In this document: one piece after another, positions 1 through 11,157 of the stretch
How the letters are laid out: each line of letters starts with the position of its first letter
How positions within the stretch are numbered: position 1 is the stretch's first letter
Source of the DNA: Squalus acanthias
Taxonomy: Eukaryota
Length of the DNA stretch: 64,000 bases
NCBI GenBank assembly: GCA_030390025.1
Contig: CM059437.1
Span: forward strand, 54,188,001 to 54,252,000
Reading direction: 5' to 3'
Translations under genes and position numbers: made by a program
Notes under the pieces: model-generated
The model's database searches: none
What the model saw: the letters and a program-made list of their open reading frames with translations, nothing else
What the model was told of the DNA's origin: nothing

Positions 1-574
1 CGTACCGCAAACCTTCATAATTTTAAACCCTGTATCAAATCTCATATGACTTCTCTTTTCCAGAGAAAAGAGCCTACCTATTTCTTTTTCCTGATAGTTG
101 CATTCTCCCATTTCTAGTAACAAGCTTGTAAATATTTTCTGCACTTTCTCCAGTCCTCCGATATCATTTTTGTATGGAAGTTGAATTGAGCACAGTTCTA
201 TATAAATCTAACACTAACCACCTGGTTTTGTATTCTATTATTCTAGAAATGAAGTAACACTTTGTTTACAATCTTTATGGCCTTAACAACTTGTGTTGCT
301 ACTTTTAGCGATTGAAGAATTTTTACTCCTAAATCAGCCGGAACAACGAAGACGATGTACTAAGGGGTTACGGTACCGAGTGTGTGATTAGTGTGAAGCT
401 CAATTTAAAACACGCGACTCTTATCTGAGCTGGTTTCAGTCAAGGGCTTGACCGAATCTGTAGTTACGATGAATAAAAGCTCAGAATTTTGTCACATTTA
501 GAAAGTTGCTATTAATTGCTTCAGGGGTAACGGACAGGAAAGAATAACAGCACCTCAGATAAAGGAAGAGTCAT

Positions 575-580
575 TTTATT
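575..580 (-). terminator. Polyadenylation signal AATAAA, cluster 1
   Basis: Positionally homologous to 50665-50670. Confidence 0.6.
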
Positions 581-796
581 ACACTGCGGTATCTGTAACG
601 TTACACTGAAACTTTGATCAGTTCAGGGTGAGCACACTTTAAAATACAGACAGCGGAATGTAGCGGACAAACTGCACATCTGTTGTGGTTTGAAATGTTC
701 CACTTAAACTCAAACATGTAATAGCTGATTACGGATTTTATTTTTAAAGAAACTTTACTAATGGTATAATAGATCAATACATAAACGATTATTGAA

Positions 797-1119
797 TCAG
801 ATACAGCTGGATCTGGCGATACTTTTTTCAAGCGGGTTTGCCTGAGTCTCGTGTTTATCCACACAGGAGTAAAGCTCATGTGAGTTCCACTCTGAGGCTG
901 GCAGAGTCAGATAACTGCTCACACTGAACGTGTTGTCCGTCTCCTGTTGGATCCGACTGGTCTCAACACCATTCCCTCTGACACTGCCATCTACAGTCCA
1001 CTCAATCTCCACAGCGCCCAGGTTAAAGCCGTTCACCAAACACACCAGGGTCGCCGTGTTCTTTGCTGCGATTTGATCCGATGAAGGTGGAAGGAAGGAA
1101 ACCGAGTGGTCTCGCGGAC
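797..1119 (-). pseudogene. IGLC: Orphan light chain constant exon, cluster 1 (open frame, no own VJ or leader)
   Basis: Acceptor tttttcag|GT CCG CGA; 323 nt open frame; non-conservative changes versus cluster 3 (FNPG>FNLG, CVVKH>CVDKH, APS>DHS). Intron homology stops at about 2824 and no V exon is seen between 2824 and 30883. Confidence 0.85.
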
Positions 1120-1956
1120 CTGAAAAAGAGAAATAAATGAAAGATCCATTCTTAATTGACTTAAAAGTCGCAATTAATGTTTTACTTTCTTCAAATCTTT
1201 AAAAATTCGGCGTCACTCTACAAAGCCAGGAGGAATTTAATAGAACGGAACCTCATTAGTGTCAATTGTACAACCACTGGTGCCCACAGTTCTAGAAAAT
1301 ATAGAACCTGAGAAGATGTTCCTACTTTTCCTACATGGAAAGGAGCACACGACAATTCTTAAAAGGAAATGTAATCTAAAGGAAGTAAATTGTGTCAGAA
1401 AATAATAAAATCATGAAAATAATACTGGGACACAATATTATATTGAATTGTACTGGTCTCACGCAATCTCTCACAGACAGTGTCCCAGGAGCTCAGGATT
1501 TAAAAGAAACATAAATGGCAATGAATCCGAATTCGGGATAAATATTGGAGACATTGCTAACAGCAAAGATTCTGCAATATTTAACTCAAAACACTCGATT
1601 CTAATCAAATTACTGTTAATCTCGATTGTTTGCTTCTGTCTCCAGCTTTGCTGTTCTTTTGACGGAAGTGGTAAATATTGGACTAGTATTTGGATTGCTG
1701 TACAATGACTGCCGTGGGTTTCCTGCATCGTCCGACGCTGACTATATTGTGTAAAACTTCAGAAGACTGTTCTATCACATTCGAAATACGCTGTTTGGAG
1801 ACCTCTCTGGGGTCAGAGTGTCACCAAAATTATGTACTCATTAAAGTGAAAGAGTTTCCAACAAAGAACGTCTGATTATTTAAAAAAATTGTATCTATAT
1901 TGTATAATTATATCCCAACAATAACCTCAATTTGCAAGTCATGAAGCCACAAATAT

Positions 1957-2172
1957 CCTCGGCATTATTTATCCCTCAACCAACGTCGGTAAAACAGATT
2001 AACTGGTCATTACCACATTGCTTTTTGTGGGACCTTGCTGTGCGCAAAAAGGCTGCCGAGTTTCTGACATTACAAGGGTGACTGTACTTCAAAAGTACTT
2101 AATTGGCTGTGAAGCGCATTAAGATATCCTGAGGTCGTCGTAGGCGCTATATCAATGCAAGTTCATTCTTTC
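1957..2172 (+). mobile_element. SINE 3' fragment (Deu-domain/SacSINE1-like, L2-type tail) in J-C intron; paralogues at about 32038-32256 and 52072-52290
   Basis: tttatccctcaaccaac...ctggtcat...cacattgct...gtgggaccttgctgtgcgcaaa...aggcgctatatcaatgcaag; the tail resembles the L2 tail at about 22180-22230. Family assignment is from memory of the consensus. Confidence 0.65.
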
Positions 2173-2899
2173 TAATTATTAATAAATAGAAATATTCCCA
2201 TGATAGTAACAATGAGATATAGCCCAGTGTAAGAATGTTGAAGCCGGATTATCACTATCTCCTTTCTCTTCAAATGACCTTTCGGAACGACCACAGGCTA
2301 CAAGCATCAGCTGCCAATGACAAACCCTCGGGAAAATGGTTTATGTAACATAAAGCACCGAAGAAAGGGCTGAAACATTTTTTCAATACTAGAATTAGAG
2401 GCGGGGCTTCTACATTTGCTTCCGGCATTTGCTGAGGTGTCCGCTTCATTGGCGCGTCTCCCCAATACCAGGTTTGCCCGGGTCGGTTTAACAATCTATT
2501 CCCTTTCTGAGAGGTTCGCCCCGGAAACTACCACTTCGCCTTTCTTTCTTTACATTAAATTTGGAGGCAGAAGTAATCTGACAATGCCGCCAACTCCTTT
2601 TGTCACAGTTGTTATAATCACCCTGCATCACCCGGAGTTTAGCTGAACATTCTGATACTGAAATATCTGGAGTCCCGTGGGATTATTAATCAGGATTTAC
2701 CAGCAGCTTATATTGTCTAAATGCAAGAGTTTTATAATGAACTCTCTTTACACTGGAACTTATACCAGAGATGTATTCTTAAAGGAACAATTGATAATAT
2801 TATAGACATTTTTCTGTTTCATATAGAAAAAGAGCTAAATACCTATGTTGGTACTTATATCTTTCTATTCGCAGTCATTCTGTCTTCTGCAGTCTAACA

Positions 2900-3870
2900 C
2901 TTCTATCAAATCTCGACTTAACTTTCTCTGCGCTAAGGACAACAGCCTCAGATTCTCTAGTCTCCCCTTGTAACTGAAGTCTTTCGGCTCTGGTGCCATT
3001 CTAGTACATCTCCTCTGCACCCTCTCTAAGGCCTTGACATCAACCTTAATGAGTACTGCCCGGAATTGGACACAATACTCCAGCTCGGGCCTAACCAGTG
3101 TTTTATAAATGTTTAGCATAATTTCCTTGCTTTTGTACTCGATACCTCTATTTATTAAGGCACTACCTTTATCAATCCACTCCATTACTTCACCAAAGAA
3201 CTCTATCAAGTTAGTCAAACAGGATATGCCTTTAACAAATCCGTGCTGGCTATCAGATCCCGTATGTATTTTGAACAGTCTTCTGTTTTGTCCTGCCAGC
3301 TTCCAAGACTTTTATACGTACACTCCAGGTCTCTATGTTCCTGCACCCCTTTAAAATGTATCATTTTGTTTATATTGCCTCTCCTCGTTCTTTCTACCGA
3401 AATCAATTCTCACATTACTGCGTTAAATTTCATCTGCCATGTTCCTGTCCAGTTCACCCGTCTGTCTATGTCCTCCTAGAGTCTGATACTATCCTCCTCA
3501 CTATTTACTACATTTCCAAGTTTAGTATCACCTGCAAACTTTGAAATGATGCCCTGTATACCCAATCCAAGGTCATCAATATATATCAAAAACAGCAGTA
3601 GTCCCAAGTGTGACCACCCAGGTCAGAAAACAACTGCTCACCACTACTCTCTGCTTTCTGTCCTTTAGCCAATTATGTACCCATGCAGACACTGCGCATT
3701 TAATGCAATAGGCATCAATGTCGCTAGCAAGTCTATTATGTGGTACTGTTTCAAACAACTTTCGAAAGTCCAGCTAGACAACATCAACCACAATACCCTC
3801 ATCAACCCTCTCCGTTACTGCATTAAAGAACTCAATCAAGTTAGTCAAACACGCTTTGCCTTTAACAAAG
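2900..3870 (-). mobile_element. Old rearranged CR1 LINE fragments (continue at about 7245-7660)
   Basis: Translations LTNLIEFF, KTLVRPELEYCVQF, ALERVQRR; the same scrambled junctions occur in the paralogue at about 57390-58760. Confidence 0.8.
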
Positions 3871-6800
3871 GAAGTTGGTTGTGATTGATGGAGGTCAATC
3901 ATCTCAGCCCCAGGATATTGCTGCAGGAGTTCCTCAGGGGAGTGTCTAAAGCCCAAACACCTGCAGCTGCTCCATCAATGACCCTCCCTCCAACAGAAGG
4001 TCAGAGTGGGGATGTTCACTGATGATTGCACAGTGTTCAGGGCCATTCGCAACTCCTCAGATAATTAAGCAGTTCAGGCTTGGGCTGATAAGTGGCAGGT
4101 AGCATTTGTGCCACAGAAGTGTCAGGCAATGATTATCTCAACAAGCGAGAGTCTAACAAATTGCCCATTGAAATTCAAGGGCATTACCATCGCCAAATTC
4201 TCTACCATCAACGTCCTGGGGGTTGCCATTGACCAGAAACTTAACTGGACCAGCCACATAAATACAGTGACAACAAGAGCGGGTCAGAGGCTTGATGTTC
4301 TAGAATCATATAATCATAGAATCATAGAAAGTTACAGCACGGAAGGAGGTCATTTCGGCCCATCGTGTCCGCGCCGGCCAACAAAGAGCTATCCAGCCTA
4401 ATCCCACTTCCCAGCTCTTGGTCCGTAACCCTGCAGGTTAGAGCATCCCAAGTGCACATCCAAGTACTTTTTCAATGTGGTTAGTGTTCCTGCCTCTACC
4501 ACCCTTTCAGCCAGTGAGTTCCAGACCCCCACAACCCTCTGGGTGAAGACATTTCCCCTCAAATCCCTCTAAACCTTCCACCAATTACTTTAAATCTGTG
4601 GCCCCCGCTTTTTGACCCCTCAGCTAAGGGAAATACGTCCTTTCTATCCACTTTATCTATGCCCCTCATAATTTTATACACCTCAATAAGGTCTCCCCTC
4701 AGCCTCCTCTGTTCCAAGGAAAACAGACCCAGCCTACCCAGACTTTCCTCATAGCTAAGATTCTCTACTCCCGGCAACATCCTTGTAAATCTGCTCTGTA
4801 ACCTCTCGAGTGCAATCACATATTTCCTGTAATGTGGTGACCAGAACTACATGCAGTACTCTAGCTGAGGCCTAACTAGTGTTTTATACAGTTGAAGCAT
4901 AACCCCCCCCCCTGCTCTTGTATTCTATGCCACGGCTAATAAAGGCAAGCATTCCGTATGCCTTCTTAACTACCTTATCTACCTGGCCTGCTACCTTCAG
5001 GGATCTGTGGTCATACACTCCAAGGTCCCTTTATTCCTCTACACTACTCAGTCTCCTACCATTTAATGTGTATTCCCTTTCCTTGTTAGCCCTCTCCAAA
5101 TGCTTTACCTCACACTTCTCCGGATTGAATTCCATTTGCCACTGCTCTGCCCACCTGACCAATTTATTGATATCTTCCTGCAGTCTACAGCTTCCTTCTT
5201 CAGTATCAACCACACAGCCGATTTTAGTATCATCTGCAAACTTCTTAATCATACCCCCTATATTCAAGTCAAGATCATTGATATATACCACAAAAAGCAA
5301 GGGACCTCATACTGAGCCCTGCGGAAACCCACTGGAAACAGCCTTCTAGTCACAAAAACACCCATCAACCATTACCCTCTGCTTCCTGTCTCCGAGCCAG
5401 TTTTGAATCTAACTTGACACTTTGCCCTGGATCCCATGGGCTTTTAACTTCGTGACCAGTCTGCCATGTGGAACCTTATCAAACGCCTAGCTAAAGTCCA
5501 TATACACTACATCAAATGCATTACCCTCATCTACCCTCCTTGTTACCTCCTCAAAAAATTCAATCAAGTTTGTCAGACACGACCTTCCCTTAACAAATCC
5601 GTGCTGACTATCCTTGATTAATCCGTGTCTTTCTAAATGATGATTTATCCTGTACTTCAGAATTCTTTCCAATAATTTTCCCACCACCGAGGTTAGGCTG
5701 ACTAGCATGTAATTACTCGATCTATCATTTTCTCCCTTTTTAAACAAGGGTACCACATTAGCAGTCCTCCAGCCCTCCGGAACTACACCTGAAGCCAGAG
5801 AGGATTGAAAAATGATGGTCAGGGCCTCCGCTAATTCCGCTTTTGCCTCGCCTAACAGCCTGGGATACATTTCATCCGGGACTGAGGATTTATCCACTTT
5901 TAAAGCTGCTAAACCCCTTAATACTTCCTCTCTCACTATATGTATTTCATCTAATAAGTCACAATCCTCCACCCTGATAGCAATGTCTGCTTCGCCCCTC
6001 TCCTTTGTGAAAACAGACGCAAAGTATTCATTATCAACCCTACCGACGTCACCCACCTCCACACACAGATCACCCTCATGATCTCTAATCTGCCCTACCC
6101 TTTCTTTAGTTATCCTCTTACTCTTAATATATTTATAAAACATCTTTGGGTTTTCCTTCATTTTACATGCCAATGATTTTTCATGCTCTCTCTTTGCTTT
6201 CCTAATATCCTTTTTAATTGCACCCCTGCACTTTCTGTTCTCCTCTAAAAAATCTGGAGTTTTTAGCCCTCGGAATCTGTCATACGCCTCCCTTTTTTTC
6301 TTTATTCTATCCTGTATGTCCCTAGACATCCAGGGGGCTCTAGATTTGTTAGTCCCACCTTTTTTCTTCAAGGGCACATATTTGGTCTGAACCCTCCGGA
6401 TCTCCTTCTTGAATGCCTCCCACTGCTCTGACACTGATTTACCTTCAAGTAGCTGTTTCTGGTCCACTATGGCTAAATCCCCTCTGAGCTTAGCAAAATT
6501 TGCATTTCCCCAATTTAGAATTTTTATTCCTGGTCTATCCTTGTTCTTTTCCATAACTACCTTAAATCTAACAGAATTATGGTCACTAGCACCAAAATGA
6601 TCCCCCACTGATACGCCTTCTACCCTGCCCAGCTTCATTCCCTAATACTAAGTCAGAACCACCCCCTTTTCTGCGGCGAGTGTCTCACCTCCTGACTCCA
6701 CAAAGCCTTGCCACCATCTACAAGGCACAAGTCAGGAGTGTGATGGAACGCTCTCCACTTACCTGGAGGAGTGCTGCTCCAACAACACTCAAGAAGTTCG

Positions 6801-7243
6801 ACGTAATCTAGTACAAAGCAGCCCGCATGATTGGCACCCCATCCACCACGTTAAATAATAATTCCCTCCACCACTGTCGCCAAGTGGCTGCAGTACGTAC
6901 CATCTACAAGATACAGTGCAGCAACTCGCCAAGGGTTCTTCGACAGCACCCCCCAAATCTAAGACCTCTACCTCCTAGAAGGCCAACAGCTGCATGGGAA
7001 TACCATCATCTGCAAGTTCCCCTCCAGGTTACACAACATCCTGACTTGGAAATATATCGCTGTGCCTTCATCATTGCTGGGTCAAAATCCTGGAACTCCC
7101 TCCCTAACAGCAATGTGGGAGTACCTTCACCAAAAGGACTGCAGTAGTCCAAGAAGGTAGCTCACCACCACCTTCGCAAGGGCAATTAGGGTTGGGCAAT
7201 AAATGTTGGCCAGCGATGTCCACATCCCAGGAACGAATACAAA
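3868..7243 (+). mobile_element. 5'-truncated LINE of a second non-LTR family, interrupted by a CR1 at about 4301-6668
   Basis: RT C-terminal motifs (INVLGVAIDQKLNWTSHI) at 3868-4300 resume at about 6670; 3' end gggcaataaatg...cacatcccaggaacgaatacaaaaa matches the copy at 7982-9053. Confidence 0.8.
4301..6668 (-). mobile_element. CR1 LINE, 5'-truncated, degenerate ORF2
   Basis: ORFs 5487-6638, 5031-5300 and 4559-4819 carry SDHN, QHGFVKGRSCLTNL and FADDTK motifs; (ATTCTATG)n-type tail at about 4301-4330. Confidence 0.92.
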
Positions 7244-7981
7244 AATTCGTGCTGGCTTATATTTATTAATCTATATTGTTCCAAGTGCCTATTAATTTTG
7301 TTGTTGATTGCTGTCTCTGAAGGTTTCCCCACCACTGGCATTAGGCTGACTAGCCTGCAGTTGCCAGGTTTATCCCTCTTCCCTTTTTTGAACAGGGGTA
7401 TAATATTTGCAGTCCTCCAGTCCTCTGGCAGCACTCCCATATCTAAGGTGGACTGGAAGGTTTTGGTCGAGAGCCTCCGCAATTTCCACCCTTGCTTCCC
7501 TCAGCAACCAAGGATGCATCCATCCGGACCGGGTGACTTTTCCAGTTTGAGCACGGCCAACCTTTTAAGTACCTCCACTTTATCTATTTTATCCTATCCA
7601 TTTTCTCCACTATCTCCTACTTTACTGTGGCATTAGCAGCATCCTCTTCTTTAGTGAATGTCACAGTGAAGGTGGAGGTAACAAAATTTCTCCTGGCACT
7701 CCTTGGTAGACTGCTCCTCTTTGTATACATAGGCCTAAATCATTCTGATTTTCTGAAATTCTGTACCCTCACCACTGAAGAGGAGGGAATCATTAAAAGT
7801 ACCAAGTTCATTGTAAACACCTGATCAGAATATTCTGTAAAACGTTAAATAGTTTTCTATGTTTATTGTCTGAAACACACATTTTGCATAAAATTTCCTG
7901 GTGATGATTTAGCCACTGTTCGAAAATGGAAAAATATTTGCACCCACTCGTGATCTGGACAGTGCAGAGCAGTGTTTAACG

Positions 7982-9053
7982 CTCCACTGGCTGGAGTCAT
8001 ACCTAGCACAAAGGAAGATGGTTGTGGTGATTGAAGGTCAATCATCACAGCCCCAGGACATCGCTGCAGGAGATCCTCAGGGCAGTGTCCCAGGCCCAAC
8101 CATCTTCAGCTGCTTCATCAATGACCTTCAGTCCAACATAAGGTCAGAAATGGGGATGCTTGCTGATGACTGCACAGTGTTCAGCGCCATTCACTGCTCC
8201 TCAGACAATGAAGCAGTCCATGCCCGCATGCAACAAGACCTGGACGACGTTCAGTCTTGGGCTGATAAGTGGCAGGTAACATTCACGCCACACAAGTGCC
8301 AGGCAATGTCTATCTCCAACAAGCGAGAGTCTAACCACTTCCCCTTGACATTCAACGGCATTACCATCGCCGAATCCCCCACCATCAATATCCTGGGGGT
8401 TACCATTGACCAGAAACTTAACTGGACCAGCCACATATATACTGTGGCAACAAGAGCAGGTCAGAGGCTAGGTATTCTGCGGCAAGTGGCTCACCTCCTG
8501 ACTCCCAAAAGCCTTTCCACCATCTACAATGCACAAGTAAGGAGTGTGATGGAATAATCTCCATTTGCCTGGATGAGTGCAGCTGCAACAACACTCGACA
8601 CCATCCAGGACAAAGCAGCCCGTTTGATTTTCACCCCATCCACCACCTTAAATATAATTCCCTGCACCACCGACGTACCGTGGCTGCAGTATGTACCATC
8701 TACAAGATGCACTGCAGCAACTCGCCAAGGCTTCTTCGGCAGCACCTCCCAAACCCGCGACCTCTTCCATCTAGAAGGACAAGGGCAGCAGGCGCATGGG
8801 AACACCACCACCTGCAAATTCCCCTAAAAGTCACACACCATCATGACTTAGAAGTATATCGCCGATCCTTCATCGTCGCTGGGTCAAAATCCTGGAACTT
8901 CCTACCTAACACTGCGGTGGGAGTACCTTCACCACACGGACTGCAGCGGTTCAAGAAAGCAGCTCACCACCACCTTCTCAAGGCAAATAGGGATGGGCAA
9001 TAAATGCTGGCTTTGCCAGCGACGTCCACGTCCCATAAGCGAATACAAAAAAA
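7982..9053 (+). mobile_element. 5'-truncated LINE, second family
   Basis: ORF 8018-8557 with PQGS..GP.IFSCFINDL and ADD RT motifs; A-rich tail; empty site in the paralogue at about 59068-59078. Confidence 0.85.
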
Positions 9054-11157
9054 TAGGTTGAAAGCTTGATATGTTTAAAGGGTGTTATGATATGGTTAAT
9101 ATGGAGCGCTATGGTTGAGGGGCAAGTGTAGACATCCAATTGGGCATGATGTGGCAGAAGGCTTAAAGCCTCTGATGTGAAATAATGGGAAAAAAAGCTT
9201 AATATAGAGGTTGGTGCTAATAGCTTTCTATTATGGATTCATTCTTTATGATGCAGTGTAACACATGGTTTAGAGGAGGCTGTCAGGATTTTGCAGGCCA
9301 AACCTAAGCAACAGGAAGTGTTAGTTGAAGACAATTTGGGAAGCCTCAAAGGGCTTATATAAATATTTATGGGTAATTTGTAGACAAATGTGCTGTTTAA
9401 GTTATTAATATTTTGATTAAATGTGATATATTTAACCACAGAATGTTCTTATTGTAACCTATAAGAAAGGAAGGGCTAAAATTTGGGGGAATTTACGCCA
9501 CCCGTTACGATCAAAATATCGCGAAAAGTGGGTGGCCGCAGCTCTTTCACCAGCTGATGGCAGGTCCCGTGGCATTCAACATTTTCCTAGGCCCGGCAGC
9601 GCTGCCGGTATGAGGCGTCACCCTCCAAAGTAAAATGAGGGAGTTGTGACGTCAGTCGACATGCAACGCTGACTTAACGTCACCCCGGCGAACTTGGACC
9701 TTTGTTCTGGGTCCTGAGCTCGCAATGTAAATCCAGCGTGCAAGCCGCCACACGGAGGCGCTGTCAGCATCTCTTAAACGGACACACACATTTATCAGGT
9801 AAGTTTGCATTTAAGCTTTTGGATTGGGATTTTTTGATTTTACTGCAGTAGTGGCTTGCTGGAATAGATGATAAAATATTTTTAACTGTGTAGGGAGTGC
9901 TGCTCGATGCTTGCAAGGCATCGGATGGTAAAGGAAGGCATCTGAGAAGACAGACAAAGCTGCAAATATTCAGCAGGTCAGGCAACATCCATGCAGAAAG
10001 AAAAAGAGTTCACGTCTCAGGTCAAGATGCTGCCTGACCTGCTGAGTATTTTATGCTGTCACTTCAGTTTTACAGCATCTGCTTGCTGAGAGAAGAGGAA
10101 GATGCAGAAGAGGAAGAAACAAAAGAGGAAGAAGCTGAAGAGGAGGAAACAGCAGAGGAGGAAGCAGAAGGAAGGATGCAACCCAGACAGCCCCTTTCTG
10201 GCCATGCTATCCGGGATGGAATCATTCGCCTGCAGTACCTGTGGCCACAACCCCAATTCCCCTCTCAAAATTAGCTCCACACCTTACCTTCCCTCTGTAA
10301 TTGACTATCAAAGTGTCCTCTTGGGTATGATGCTGATATAAAAGCCACCGCAAAGCAAAATTTCCAATCGAACTTTATACATCTATCCATCCAATATGAC
10401 ATCAAGAAATCAACTCATCACCCTTATGCATTCTCTTAGTGACAGTCGTGTGTGTGCCTTTGCCTATCCCACTGATCTCACGCAGTGCTACCCCAGTGGC
10501 TGCAGTATGGCTGGTGGAAGGCCCTGACTTTCAGTGGGGGACACTGCAAATGGCCTTGATGTTCGAAGTTTAGGAGCTGGTGTCTGGCAGTGTGTCATCG
10601 AGGGATGGTGTATCTTCTTCTGCTTCTGCTTCACTCACCTCTCCCTTTTCTTGGCCAACCACTGTCTGGGCAGGCTGCATTTCTTGGGTGTGTGCAATGA
10701 GGAAGGTACACGGGTGCAGTTGTGGTGAGGGGACTGTGGGAAAACAAGAGGTGCATGCCAGAAGGAGGATAATGTATGCGGATATCAGTGACTTGTATCC
10801 TTTCTGCCACACCACTGGCCAACTGCTCAGCCATGCCCATGTCAAGAGTGGCGAGCACTGCCTCCTCCAAGGGGGTGAGGTGTAGCTAGGAATGGGAGGT
10901 ATGCCTCGTGTTTGGTACAGATTGTTGGTCGGTGTGTGATTCGGGGGTAGGCGAGTCGTGCACTGAGAAGCATGTGAGGCTGTTAGTAGGAGATGGCTTT
11001 TGAAGGTGCATTCACTGACCTTGACCACTGCTGTTCGGTCATGATACTTCTTTGGACGCTGTAGCCAGGTTGTGGGGCGAAACTGCTGGCAGTGACGGCC
11101 TCGGTGTTCTGGTTCCCACACCGTTCTTTCTGGAGGGCACCCTGGCCCCTGTGGGTA

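Larger units (their letters stand above)
1..2824. repeat. Segmental duplication unit 1 core (3' flank, C exon, partial J-C intron)
   Basis: Aligns by eye with about 29765-32915 and 49720-52955; lacks a roughly 370-bp 3' flank block present at about 50190-50560. Confidence 0.9.

Noticed and set aside
7662-7689. 12-RSS-like signal CACAGTG-12 bp-ACAAAATTT
   Set aside because: The heptamer is the right arm of a local CR1 fold-back (TTTACTGTGGCATT / AATGTCACAGTGAA). The paralogue at about 58764 reads CACAGTA...GGAAAACTT, the flank is CR1 rather than V or J sequence, and I found no partner 23-RSS. Most likely a chance cryptic RSS.
10053-10274. Glu-rich ORFs here and at 40144-40368 as novel acidic proteins
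   Set aside because: They match the low-complexity C-terminal tail of Harbinger transposase relics.
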